Shown here in pieces: positions 12,001 to 27,000 of a DNA stretch of 64,000 nucleotides. Where the stretch lies: the NCBI GenBank assembly GCA_002633005.1, contig NMRA01000310.1, positions 438,624 to 502,623 on the forward strand, in the 5' to 3' direction. The notes under the pieces were generated by a model. That model did no database searches. It was given only the letters and a program-made list of their open reading frames with translations, and was not told the DNA's origin. Made by a program: the position numbers and the translations under genes. This stretch comes from Phoronis australis (Eukaryota > Animalia > Phoronida). Position 1 is the first letter of the stretch. Each line of letters opens with the position of its first letter.

Positions 12001-15000
12001 TCACGCTTTTTTGGCTGAAAATACCACATCTGGTTACATTTGTGGAGATTGTCTGACCAGATCAAAGCGAGGTAACACGCTAATGTAGAAATAAATAAGG
12101 GTTTCCAGGAATTATCTTATAAAGGGCGATCATTTATCATCAGAATGATGTTCATTTATCACCCGAATGAATGATTATCATTTATCATTAACCTGTTGTG
12201 AAGAAACCAAATAGTGCATCGACAGTGTTTAGATTTGAATTACGATTGGTTTGATGTTAGTTCCATCCTTCGACAGAAGATCAGAAATTGTAGACAATAC
12301 GAACACAGGTAAATTAAATCCTCAGGCATAAACATGAGTCTTCAGCATCACAAATAAAATGTACGCAAACATAATGTAAGGTTTGCTTTCTCTATCATAT
12401 ATGTCAGATACTACATCAATGGCCGCAGCGCTTGACGCGGGCAAAGAATGATCTTTGGAAAATTCAAGTGAAGGCATATTCTGCAGTTGTATTAATTTGC
12501 AAATATGCACCCGTAAAAACTGATTACCAAAAAAAAATGCGGAACCTTTGTTCCGTGCCCATCTGAATAATACGAGGTCCATGTCCTACTGGTACTTCAC
12601 TTTTTCTACTTGTATTTACGTATAAATACGAGCTGGTACTCGCTTATGTCGACCCCTGTTTGGTTTTTGAAATTCGAATTGGCTTTCTATTGTTCCATCC
12701 GCCAAAAACTTCTGCGCAGTTTGATAGACCGAAACAGATGAATCAAGTCATCAAACCTTTCTAAAATTTAGTTTGCTAGGAACTGTAATTTGGGCTTATG
12801 GCCATTAATGCTGGAAATGTTTATATTTATTTTTTTATTATTACGTATTCACAGTGAATTCTTTTGATTCTTAATTTTGGGTAGAAATTAAGGAGAACAA
12901 GAGTCCTGGACACGTCTGTTTTACTTCAGTTCTCAACCTGTTAAACACGTAGCCAGCCACAGCCCACTGTGGCCCAGGTGAAACAATGGTTATTGACCTA
13001 GTAATGGCTAGCATACAAACCCCACGTGACCCCCTAGATTTACATGAAAACAGTGAGAGTTTCAGTTGGGGGTTAAACCTACACTGCCACACACATGTAC
13101 GTGCACACACGCTTGTATACGCACGGGTATGAGTATTAACTGAATAGTTCAGCAGCAGTCCCTATTGGAGACGGAATTTGTAGCAGTTCACTGTCACGTA
13201 TTCAGTCACGTATTCAATAAATTTTGCCCAGGTGAATATATCTCATGTGAGTGTGAAGTGGTGGGAGTACCTTAAGTGTTATCATTAGCAATGTGCTGGT
13301 TTGCAGCACGTTATATAACATGGTAAAGTTTACAGATTTTGATACCTCCTGTTAGAGATATCTTATCAAATGACTTTTTGAACCTTTATAATTTATTATT
13401 CACTGTTTTTCAGTTCACTGAACTGATTTGTTGAAATTTGCTGCGTCATTATCACCTGTGAAGGTCATTCAACAAACATGTTCAGTGGGAAGATTTAACG
13501 GTATATATGAAATGTCGGCATTGTTGTATCACTGCATTATCCTACACATGCCAGTGAGGCTGGAAATTGTGAATAAACGGTAGCAGTTTCGTTTTTGCAT
13601 GAAAATAATTTCCAAAATTGTTGTTTTTTTAAACAATTGCAAGGCCACCTCCTGTTTAAATTCTAACTTTCATGGAGATTTTAAAGCGATGTAATTACAA
13701 AGCATTAAATTCTAATCACTGTTATTGTTGTGCAGTCAGATTTTCAAATGATTCACGTAAAAATGCTTAACATCGCTAAACGTCCGTTAGTGGAAGAAAT
13801 TGCACTGATCTTCATCATGATGAGCTCTTGTCGTCTTGACCACCAGAATCTGAAACTGAGTCACTGTTGCACATGTCTTTTAGGGTAACCTTATGGCACC
13901 AAATATTTGGGCATACAATTAGCTGTACAAGTACACAAAACTGCACATTCATGTGTGCAGTCCAGAATTACAAATGGGCTGTTGACAATTTTGACTTTAT
14001 CAATCTATGGATTTGAGCATTCCAGATTATTTTTCAAGCGTTCTAACTGAAACTTAGGCATAATGGGCTCAAAAATTGATCTGAAATGCTCATATCCGTA
14101 GGTTTGTAAACTCAAAATTATAAGTTGTTCATGGGTATTTTTGGACTACACATGTATTTTTGGAGTGTTTGTACTTTTGTACTACACGCTGGCAAGTGCA
14201 GGTTGTTAACTTTGCGCGGCGTATTCGAATTAAATGACGAGGGTTTGACTTTAAAGGATTTTATTAATCACTGATGCAGTAACTGTGAATCTACAGTATG
14301 AGAAAATAAAGCAGCGTAAGACTACGACTAAGATTAAGATTAAATTCACGAAACTAAAGAAATGTAAGACTAAGTTGACTAAAATATCAAATACCTATAA
14401 TGTATCAAAATATATCAATGTAGAACTACACTAGACTATGTATAATAGCAAGCTATACGTGATAGTATCATACCAGACATGTCGGAAGTTATGTGTCAAA
14501 AGAACATGATTTGAAATAGACTCCTTTAAAACGCTGGATGTGAAACTCACTACTTTAGCCCCAGTGACTTGTAAGCACGAAGCAGGGGCGGATCCAGGAT
14601 TTTGAATTGGGGGGGCCAGGGCAGAGTATTAGCCAGGATTTTGACCGTCAGACATTTGCCCCCTTGGCCCCCCTCTGAATCCGCCTCTGCGAAGATATTC
14701 AGGGATCGTCTTAACCTAAATTCTATAGATGATGAGCTTTTCTCTCACATCAATACATGTGTGGATGACATTTGATTTTAGCTAGATTATTTTACGTAAA
14801 ATACAACCCTTGAATGATGCTAGACAAGATGGCTGTCAAAAAGAAAGACACCATCTCAAGATGCTCCAGGGCAAAACAAGAAAGGAATATAATTACATAA
14901 TATGTCTGGATGCTGAATATAATTACATAATATGTCTGGCTGTTAGCTGGGTCACCAGACAGCACTGGCTTGACATGGGCTAACAATGTTAACACATGTT

Positions 15001-18000
15001 TGTGTACTGGTGTATTACAAGGTTCCCTAAACTACACATTCAACGACTCATAAACACGGACTCATAAACACGGGCACGTAAGCATGAGCAGGACTCACGG
15101 ACCTGCAAACACCGTCCACTGACTCACAAACACGGGAACGGGCTCACAAAACACGATCCACGCACCTAAATACATGGGACAAGGACTCATATTCACAAGG
15201 AAACACGGTTAACGGACCGCCAAACACGGGTCACGGACTCATCGGCTTCCTGGGTCAGCTGACATCTTCATTTTGTCCGTAAACAGTGTTTGGCAGTCTG
15301 TTAACCGTGTTTCTTCGTGAATATGAGTCCGTGTCCGGTGTATTTGGGTGCGTGGATCGTGTTTTGTGAGTCCGTTCCCGCGTTTGTGAGTCAGTGGACG
15401 GTGTTTGCAGGTCCGTGAGTCGTGTTCACTCGTTCGTGCATGTGTTTAGGAGTCTGTTGACTGTAGTTTAGGTACCTCATATTTGATTGTTTGGAGCTAA
15501 AATTTGGGTGCTTTGAACCAGTATATATGTAATTGTACTCTCACCAGGGTCAAAGGTGGGATTCAGACTGTAGTGGGCACCCCAATGTGGGGGTGGTGAC
15601 TAAACCTCTTACTACTCTCAGTACTCTGTTGTGGACATGTATACTTTGGTACCATAGATGTGACACTCAGTAAACAATTGAGCAGGTGGCTCCGAATTTG
15701 ATTGCGGTGGTCAAATTTGAGCATGAGGGTTCAAAATTTGCCTGGTGTGAATGTTGCATAACGTCTTATATGAATAAGGAAATATTAGCATATGACCATT
15801 TAATAGCCATTTTAGTTATGTCACAGAGTGACATGTCGATTTGGATGGACTAGAAACTTGGCTTGCGAGGGATTTGAACTTGGGTACCTCAGAATTTGCA
15901 AGCGCACATCTCAACACTAAGACGTGGTATGCCCACTGCAAGCAGAGTTGAAAAAATGTACTCAAACAAGTTGTACACAAGGATACTCACTGCCTGAGAC
16001 ATATTACTTGTGTGTATTACTTGATGTTAATCTGGGACTTTCATACATTTATTTATCGATGTACGAGAAACAATTCAACTTGGTCGGATTACCATATTTG
16101 TGTCCAATTCCTCCATTAAAATAGCGTCAAATCTTGGAAACTTTCTTAACTGAGCTCTATTTTGATAGCAGAGCAGACAGCAAGTATTGCTATTAGTGTT
16201 GACCCGATGACCTATGACATCATCCAAATAGTTCCAAAAACCATCTGACATGAAGGAACTGAAGGTTTCTACCTGACAACAAGTGTTTTTATATCAGAGA
16301 AATGTGAGAGATAAATAGGTTACTGAATGGTTCAGAGGCTTTTAAATGTCTTACGAAACGGGAGGGATTTTTCGAAAAAATATCACTCTCGGGCTTTGCC
16401 CTTTGAAGTTTTTTCTAAAAACCATCTCGTTCCTCATAATACACTTTGTAACGCTGGAAACATTCAATAAAATATTTGCATTTCTTGTTTTTATTTTTTT
16501 TGTTTAGACAAAAAACTTCCTTATTTCTGCCATGTGTTCTGCCCTGACATGATCCGTCTGCCTTCCAATGTAGGCGGGCTTCAGCAGGTGCCATCCATCA
16601 ATACGTACTCATTGTTTACCTGCCACAATGCTATTTGTGTCATTTAGTCTCGGTCTCATTCTCATAATGTGGAAAATGTTATGGTCGACGTGTAAATTTT
16701 CTTATCATTTTCTCACGAATGTGTAACAATACCAGAGTTTTTCATGTTTAGGTGTTGTACTCTGAGCGTCCATTAGACAAAGGTTTGAATAACTAAGTGC
16801 ATTCGCAGCATTGTGGGAGGCCCTTGAAAAATGTCAATTATGGAAATTAATTTTTACAAAATTGGTTAGATTTTACCATACCAATTTACAGGCAGCAAGG
16901 GTTATTTTTGGTGGATTTTTTCTGGCTCTTGCATCACCAGACTGCTTAAAAAAGAAGGGAAATGACAAATTACTCTTTCCTTATGGATAGATGTAATTTG
17001 ATGAACTTGGTATGATTCGGCAGTAGTGCCTCTCGGATGCAGATTTTGTTAAAATGATTCGACATTTATTGTTAGATAATTTTCTGCATTTGGTGTATTG
17101 TCTAAAAACGCTCCTTGCGTGCGGATCGCATCTGTGCAGTAGCTCCCCGAGAAGTATAGAAATAATTCAGTGAGGCTCACATTTTCTGAAAGTAGGATGC
17201 CTATAGAATTTGATTTTTGGCTTTATACCAAACTGCCATCTATTGGGTATCATGGCCACGTGTATTTTTAATTAATATTAGCAAATGGAGAAAGGTAATT
17301 ATGCATTTACCAAAAACTAATATCATTATGTTTTGATTTTAATGTACAATTATATCAAATCTCAAAAACAATAAATACAATTTTCTGAAATAGTTTGTTT
17401 TATTATCTTTACATTTGTGTTATAAAATTACAAAATTACTAACCCCTTCTGCAAAGTGGAGCCTTTTAAAAACAACACATTAAGCACAGTATGTGAAAGT
17501 TTTATTCAAATACGATCAATTATTTCTGAGATACAATATTCAAATTTTGTTGATTGCTTTAGGGTCTTGTGCAACCTTAACTGAGTTAATGGGGATGAAA
17601 GTAATAGCCCTGAGAACAGTGTGGTAGGCATTGTCCGATTTACTGAATAAAGTCAGCTTACCAACACAAAGCCTCACTTTCAAAGTGATATAGCTCAATA
17701 AGGGGGTGAGAAAAAGCAACTGGTGGCAAAAATTATCTTTTTTTGGGATAGTACACTTTGGCTAAAATGTTCACCTATTCAAGTGTGAAAAACTGTCTAA
17801 CTTGTGTAATTGTCACTCGTGTGAACCTATCAGTGTTGGTGGTGAGGCACCCCCGTCTTGTATGACACAGTTTACTTTGCGGCCCAGGGGTATCCTGGTG
17901 GAAGTTTGTGGGCTTTCCACTTAATTTACATAATTGATATTGATTGATTGTTGCAGATGTGGGTGAAATGGCCTTGAACTCGTCACAGTATGCCCGCATT

Positions 18001-21000
18001 ATTTATTGCATCAGTATTAAATCCTGCGTACATCAACTTAGTCATGTTGTGTCAAATCTTATTTAGTGGCCTCCATTCTTACTCGTTTATTAAAAAACTA
18101 GGCTTTGTCAACTTGTAAAAGTATGTAATATTTTATGAAAGAAAAAAGATCAGGGAATACAAAATATGTTTTATATTTGTGTGTCATTATTATTATTATT
18201 TCGTTAACACCTTTTTTAAGTCAAAGTTTCATGTTTAAGTAAGGTACATTCATATCCAAATAACCCCTTAGTCGATTTTAATAAAACCTTTTTTAAATGA
18301 AAACTTCATCGGTTTCCTCAAAAACTCTAATAGGAATTTTCGATTAGCCTTTTCGTTTGATTTCAACTCGCAAAACGTAAGGTATTTTTGTTAGAAGTAG
18401 AAGTCCTATTCGTCTTTCTTACATGACGCAGGGTTTCATTTTTTCCTTAGAGGGTAGTAAATTATGTTTATTTTGTCTATTAGCTGCGAAATGATGTCTG
18501 AATTTTAAAAAATCGAGACTTCAACTTCACGTGTCGGAGGTCTTGATTTTTGACAGCTGAGTTCTCTGGATCGAATCCCAGACCTTTTCTCAGAAAGTTG
18601 ATGTCTTAATTTTTGAAATTCTCCAGACACCTTTTTGTAGCTAATTGACCCATTAAACAGAATTTACTACCCTCTTAGGAAAAAATAAAACTTGGAAGTT
18701 ATGGCGGTCTCCATGGAAAATCGTGATTCTTTCGAAAAAAAGGTGATCACATGATTGGAAATATTTTAGCAATGCTTTCGTTCACATTATCGACTTCTCT
18801 GATTATGAAGGATTCGAAAAATATTTGGCTTTACATACATCAAGAGATATTAAAATAAACGTGGACCTCGGTAACGAAGGTAGTCAGTGACCTTATACAT
18901 TCCCCCAGATTTCATGATTATTCTTGGCATCGTGACTCGAGAGCCACTTGACCTAACTGTAATCTACTTGTACCAGAGAACCTAACGGATATGTTTTGAC
19001 TGATTGTTAAAAATGACCCTAACCTAACTTTTCACAAGTAATTTCAGAAGTCAACAGTCAGAAAATCACCAGCTTTAGTCCTTCCTCAATGTATCATATC
19101 ATTTTAACCCAGTGTTTTATTGCCATGAAGTCATTATGTATGGAGTAATTGCTCCACACAAGAGGACCTTAGATCAGAGTTCCTGGTAAACAGGGTTCTT
19201 GCTTTTGTCAGGTTGTACACACCTTAAGTACAAAGTGGCAGCAAAGATGAGCTTCTAGTGGTGGCATTTCCAACAAACAAACAAAAGCAGATATTTACAG
19301 TAATAGCCTTCTGTGTTGTAAGCAAAGTCTAGGAATTATTTAAGTATGTTATCATTGAAAATAATGGCGCATTAAAAATTTATTTGTGCACATTTTAACT
19401 GCCTAGTATGTTCAAAAAGCAGAACATTTTCAAAGTTGCTTGAGTGAATTATTGAACATCGGTTTGTTACAGTTCCATGTCAGGTCCTGAACCGGAGTAC
19501 TCCAAGGTTGTGTCGGGATTCAAAGTGTTCCATTACAACCAGCCGTTCACTATGAATAGGGGCCAGTCTGTCATCCCTGAACTGAATATTGCATATGAGA
19601 CGTGGGGAACACTAAACGCAAATAAAGACAACGCTGTGATAATTCATGCTGGTCTGTCTGCCAGCTCCCACGCCAAGAGTCACCAGGTATATGAGGGTTG
19701 ATTAAGATCTTCATTATGTGTGTACATCCCATCAGGATATACCTGTAGTGTTTATGTCATAACTTCATCTCAGTTGTTGTGAGCTAATAGCCTGGTAGAC
19801 AAAACAAAGCATATCCTTCTAGACTGCGTTCCGACACATTTTGAAAGCTGCGCCCCAGTACTGTTTAAAAGGAGAAGTGCCGCGCTTGTTCATTTTTAGC
19901 AACATGCTGATATGTCACATGGTCAGGTGACTCGTTCTAGCCATATTCCAGTCTCACTAGGGGGCTCGTCATTAATAGAGCTACAATATTCACTAGAGCC
20001 TCACCAGATAAAGCTGACATGGCAGGGCTAACACGGAACAGCTGCTCCTGTGCAAGTGCATGTGTAAACACATCTGACACGGGAGTGAGTGACATCGCAG
20101 CGGCCAGTTTTTGATACTGGTTTGATTGGTAGAAGGAGTTACCCTCGATCAGGTGCTCCAGTGTCAAGACAACTGCACATCTAAACACAACTTTTTTTAA
20201 TTCCCGTAATTCTGCTTGCGTTATCTTATAGGAGAACCCTGCTCTTGGTTGGTGGGAAAAGTTTGTTGGGCCTGGCTGTGCTGTGGACACGGATGAATTC
20301 TTTGTCATCTGCACCAATACACTCGGTGGCTGCTATGGTACTAGTGGCCCGTCGTCCATCAATCCAGCCACTAACTTGGTAAGGCGTCTCTGATTTGCAT
20401 GGCAATTGTGAAATACGGAGAGCCCTGACATGTCTGGCTTCTGTGCGCATTTCACAATCTGTTCCTGTGTGAACCAATCGACAAAAACCTTTCTACTCTG
20501 AATTTGCAAAACAAGTTGTTGATAACTGCTACAACTTGCAGTTTCCGTGGAGACAGTTGCATCTCTCAACATTTGGGCTTAAATGGACAGAATTTCTAGC
20601 AAATGGATAAAATTTGTGATCAAATCCGTAATTCACGCTTCTCCGTGAGACCGCAACTGGAAATACACGCTTGAGCATTAGTCACTTGCAGGGGTCCCAG
20701 ATTTTGAGAACCAGTTTGATGCTGGTTATTCATTGGAGGAAACTGGTTCTAAAAATGCAGAACCCCTGTAAGTGACTGTTACCCACCTTTGTGTACAGTA
20801 CCATTATTTCCTTTGCGGTGACAACAGGCCGCTTCCTGTTTTAAAAACCATTTTTGTGTCTTCATATCTGCGAATCGGTGGTTACATCCCATACGCAGCA
20901 GTTTCACTGAACAGCCATCGGAGAGACGGTGGTTCTCAAAACCCACTTGCACCCCGATTTACATCCTTGTTCAACACTGTGTTTCTAATTCGCTGACTTG

Positions 21001-24000
21001 CTGTTCCAGCCGTACGCCACGTCGTTCCCCTTGCTGAGAGTTGAGGACATGGTACGGGCCCAGTTCCTCTTGCTGGACCACCTTGGCATTGAAAAGGTCA
21101 GGGGTCATTGTGTTTAGCTACATTGTGACCGAACTGCCACAGTCTTTCTAAATTTCTTCAGTTTATAGAGTCTAGGTCAATTATTGAACCTCTGTCCAGT
21201 TCAAGAATTATACTACAGCAAGTTATTTGTAACCTGTACTTGAATGGTGCAAAACATCCATTAACCATGGGTAATAAAAATGTATACAAAATGAAAGCGA
21301 GTAAAAGAAATACAAAGAATGAAAGACGTATTATTATTAGTGATTGTTGGAACCTTCTCCATTGCTTCTAGCGGCAGATCATGGAGGAACATCCAAAAGT
21401 GTGCCCTATCAACACCTCAGTTTTACCCCAAAGAGATTTCTGTCTGCAACTTAACTAAGAACCTGTCTGGGTTAACAGTCAATTGGTAACTCTGAATAAA
21501 CAATTCTTTGATGTGACATTGTTGACCTCCTGACTGCATTGGTAGGGAAGTTGACTTTCAGTAAGCACTAATTCTCTTATTTGATTAACTATCGAATTAA
21601 TCTCTCCAGGGTGTCTCCTCATTCCAGGCTGGGCTGTACAGAAACAAATTTCTTTTCAGTCAGGACCATAAACCCTTTGTTGATCTGTGTTTAGTTACAC
21701 AGTCCAACTGGGACAGTTGTATGACCAAGAGCAGGGGTCACAAAGAACTACTTTCACTGACCTTACATGTCAAATTCAAAAGGCCTACTGTGCATGTGTG
21801 AATGACAACCATGATTTACAACCCTCCCTAAACCTCTAAGCTGATATGGGGACTAGGTCCAAGGCCAAAATGTTGGTATTTGTTGGTTGATCACCTGCTC
21901 ACTTGCGTAGTGTCCAAGAGTGGTGATTGATCGTGGGGTGGATCTTGGCTTTATGTCGATCTTTGCAGACTGATGTTGTGTAGTTTTAGTGGAATATATT
22001 AATGCTGATGGTAAGATAAGATTCTTTATTTAGAGAGGATAAAAACAATGTTAAGCACAGCTTGTCTACCATGTGGTCCTCTAAAACAATAAACAAGAAC
22101 AAAGTATACAATATTAATAATTAAAAGTAAATAAAAATAATTTTAGGATGACCTACATACAGATGAGAAAGACTAAGTACAATGGAATGATTTATAAATA
22201 TTAAATATTATAATTGTATTTGCAATTTATTAAGTGAGAGATGAGATATGAGGAATTGTTTATTACAGAAAATGTAATGTACAACCAGGTTTACTGTCAA
22301 CATGCGTTCCAGTTTTCTGTCTACTTGTATGGTTATATACTGTCCCCTATAATTCTGTTGCAGCTCCATGGTTCTGTTGGCTCTTCTCTGGGAGGAATGT
22401 GTAGTCTGANCGTCTGCTGTTATGTACCCAGAACGAGTTGGAAGGTAACATATAGCCTCAGAACAAAAAATCCTTGCTATCCCCTTGAGTACAGTGAACC
22501 AAGTATAGCCTATATTGTTGCCACCAGGTTGCGAGACCGTCTTGTCCACGAGTCCTCTTACCTTGAACTGGGTCTAACCTGAACCGTCTCTAAGTAAGTG
22601 ATTATCTTCTATTGCACTGCCAAACATGTCAGGGGAAATCGAGGACATTTCATGAGTACAGTCAATAGTTTGGAAAAGGTGTAATTTATGAAACTGGGAA
22701 GCATAAGAATTTACCAAAAGTAGAAATGTTTGCTTGGCATTGCTTTGATGCCAGATATTACAAGACATTGCCACGTCTTTTTATCACAAAATACCACATT
22801 TGGTTACTCGTGAAAATGGTCTGACCTGGTTTAAGTGTTAAGATAATATCCAGGTGTTGGCTTACGCACTAAATGACCAATAGTGATAAACCGGTGTCCA
22901 TGACATTCATAGCCAGTTTTTGTTTGACCCGGTTATATCAACTGGTCTATGGCAGTTTGTGATATTACACACAGGGTGTTTACAGGTGTTACCGAGACCC
23001 TCTCTGATCCGGCTTATTTCATTGCGTAAATCGACCGTTATTCTCTGATGGGGGGCTATATTAGGGATACAGCACTGGTTCTGTAATATTATCTGTACAT
23101 TGTACTATAAAAAGAGACACACACAATTTGAGTGTCGTACAATAGTATTGGCTTCAAGTTACTTTTAAGGTTACATGGGACCTTATTGCCATGTCGGTAT
23201 TAGTAGCCAAATATTTAAAAAAACAACAGATTTTAACTCATTGAAAGTACATATTTTCTGAAAGCAGAAAGCCTTTAGAGGTTGATTTTTTCATTTTCAC
23301 CAGTTTTTCCTTAATTGGGATACGTGACCATGTTTTTTAGTAAATTTAGCAAAACAAGAAAGAGACACTGATAGCAAAACAGCGGTTAAATATTTGTTCA
23401 CCAAATGTCATTTGATATGAATGTGCAATATGTAATTTCAACAATGCGTAATTTTTTAGTTTAGTTTCCTATTAATTTTTGGTTTTCGTTTGTCCAACAT
23501 GTCATTTTTATGGAAATTATTATCAGTCCCATTTTTGAGAGCCCCTCTTTCCAAAATTTTGAGAGGATTTTGGGATGACTGGTGTACTTTTATTGATTGA
23601 CTGATGCCAAACGAAGTTATGTAACACATGTTATCCTACAGTAGTACAGTACCTTAATACACTGATAACCCAGAGAGTTATCTTGAGGGTTAGATAACAG
23701 TTTGGTGGGAAAACATAATGGACATGCTGTGATGTTCAGTGGAAAATCACATTTCAGATATCCTGTGTTGCATGGAGTTGATGGGATGAAGGATGAATAT
23801 TTTCATTTTCTTGTGCTTTTGTAGAGTATATTGCTTAGTGTGTGTGATAAATAGATAATTAACAAAATAGATAATTAACAAAATAGATAATTAACAAAAT
23901 AGATAATTAAGAAAATAGATAATTAAAAAAAAATAGATAATTAACATGTTCTTGACCCTTATTTAGACCCTTTATTTGATTTTGAAGAATTGTTTTCCGA

Positions 24001-27000
24001 ATCCTGTTCGAGGGTCAACCTCACCGTTAAGTAATCTATATTTATTAGGCATGTACAAGTTAGAATGTGGAAAGGATTCCAAGGCTGTGCCTCTAAATTC
24101 CAGCTTCAATTCTCTAAACCCCAATCTCATACCAGCAGACACAGTGACCAAACTCCAGTCTCGGGGCCTAAACTCCAGTCCTGGGGACCAGATTACTGTC
24201 TGGGTTTGGTCACCAATTAAACGGCATTTTCTGTGTTGTAGTTAAGATGTGGGAGTCTGGGGATTTGTAGTGCAACTTGGGTGACTGCTGATCTAGGACT
24301 TGGTTTCTCAGGAATTTAGAGGTGTGGCCATGGAATCGTTTCCACCCCCTGCAGAATATGTCTCCATCAAATTGTGTTTTTGAAAACGAAAATTTGGATT
24401 GTTCTTCAGACTGATCTCGATCTCGTCGTGTGCCCAGTCTCACCCGTCAAGCATTGCCATGAGATACCTGCAGAGGAAGTGCATCATGACCGATCCAAAC
24501 TGGAACAAGGGGCACTATTACCAGAGCGCCTACCCGGGGATGGGTATGAAACTTGCTAGGTGAGGGTAAAGAGTCGCGCACACAAACACAGCACGTGTGC
24601 TACATCTAATTGTCGCGTGGCACGATTTCTCAGACAAATGGCAGAGCCTCGTTCTGATGTGATTTGTGTGTATTTGTAAGATAATGAGTTACTTGTCTGG
24701 GTTGCCACCCTTCAGGCGACGAACGGTCAGGTGAAGCGACATCATGCCATATTCTGGCTGGAGTATATACCTCTATCTTTGCTGAAGGAGACATGAAATG
24801 GTTCTTTTGACTCCTGTACATTTTAATGTCCTTAAAATGATGAAAGCATTTGCACGAACAAAGCGTTCATGTGGTATACTAATCACTCACCCCTCAAATA
24901 TTTTGTTTTAAACGTTCATGCTTGGCTTATCGCCCTTTCCATTGATTTTTAGTTTCCCAGCAAGGCGCTGTATGCTTTAAACCAGGCGAGTGTAGCAGTA
25001 CACGTAATCAACCAAAAAGGCTACTGCGAATTCTTGCCAAATCAAGACACAGTATGCCCGAAAAGCGGAATTTTGTTTGATCATTTTGTCCATGAAACAA
25101 ATGCAGCACCAAAATTATGTGTTGTTCCATATTTAAGCTTTGCACGACAGCTCCCATTGGACAAAATTTTGAAAATTAATGGCCTATCACCGGAATTTTA
25201 GAAGTGCTTAAAAATGAAGAAGGGCAGTTTTGATATTTAAGTTTGTCTGAAGTTTGTGAAATTTCAATATATCCACTTTAAGTACTCCCAGAGAGCAATC
25301 TCCCCAAGGCATTAAAGCTCCCATAATATTTCACTCGCGCTCTCAAGGTAGAATACAGCGCTGTATTTCAGCAACTTTTTACAGCATGGTGGATGTACAG
25401 CAGGCTCACCTGTGAGGCTGGAGGTTGATTCCCTAGTTGTCTTGAAGACTATGAGTATTGTACTATGCCTCAATGTGCCTGGTGTTAGTTCAACGCTCAT
25501 TGATATAATCACAAGTCTTGAGCATGTCATTTTCACATCTTCAAAGTTATAATGTTAAGTTATCCATCCTTCATAACCCAATGCGATATCCTGTCCAAAA
25601 TGTAATATTGTTAGTGACCCATTTCTGACTTGAAAATTTGACTAAAACCACTGAGTACTAGTACTAGGGCCTTAATACAAATAACATTCATTGATTTGAT
25701 TGAATGAGCAGTGCAGGTCGAGCATTTTGGGTCTCAATTATGGAGTACAAAGACAGTGTTACACGCTTGTATTTCTGACTGCAATTTGGATTATAAATTG
25801 TCTTGGAAATAGTATGCTTTAGTTTCATTCTGTGTCAGAAATTNCCCCCCCCCCCCCCCCCCATTGCACTGGCATAAGCTACCACCAAAGCTAACACCAT
25901 TGATATTTCCTATTTGCAGAGAGATCGCTACGCTCACCTACCGTAGTGGACCAGAATGGGATGACAGATTTGGTCGGCAATACATTGACCCTGATGCCCC
26001 AGTGGAGCTGTGTCCAACTTTTCTGATTGAAAGCTATCTCGACCACCAGGGAGAGTCCTTCTGCAACAAGTTTGACCCCAACTCCCTGCTCTACATTTCT
26101 AAGGTGAGGTTCTATTGCTGAATTTTAATTTTTTTTTCTTTGATAATGGTTGCTTGCGTTCATTACTAGCGGATGGGTATTAACGGTTGTTGTCCAACAA
26201 TTCTTATCGTCTGGTCAAGTTTGTTTCAATCCCCAGTAATTCTAGCTTGCTATCCCCGTCAGGCTATGGACCTGTTCGATCTCAGTGAAGGTTATGACTC
26301 CTTAAACCACAGCTTGTCATTCGTGAAACAGCCTGTCATGGTGATTGGTGTGCAGACGGACATTCTCTTCCCCATCTGGCAACAGAGGGAGCTGGCTAAG
26401 TTGCTGCAAGATTCAGGTGACCACTGAACATTAATTGAGTGTCACTTGTTAGTTCAAGTACAAAAGGGAAAAACTAGGTTTTAGAAATTGCAGTAATATT
26501 AATTTCAAAAAAGTGTTAATAAAAAGCACCTTGAAAGTTCCAAAGTACAGTATACACCAGACAAAATGACCCGGAATTTGCCGTCATGACAGCCAGGCAG
26601 AAGCCAAATTCATCGTCAAAGTGATTTTCCCATAACAGGAAAGTTACTAGTAAGGTGGCAAAACAATTCTGTAATAATGATTTTGCTCCAGTACTAGTTA
26701 TTAGTGATTTATGTTTTTATTGCTTACTTTTGTCTTGTACTGTGTGTTGTTGAGGCTACTTTTTATTCATGTATTATAGAGTTGCACTAGCTTTGCTGCT
26801 CTGCTGTTGAATTATTTCATTCACATTGAAGTCGTTGTTCAATACCATCCATTCGAATACACTCACAATAATCAAGTGGGTGTCGGTTGCCATTATCACT
26901 GTCTGGCTGGCTCTATCTCTTCTCAAATGCCTTGATTGTTTTTCTTGAAATTTTTATGTTTGGAGAGAAGACGATATGTGCAACTTTTTTGGGACGGATT

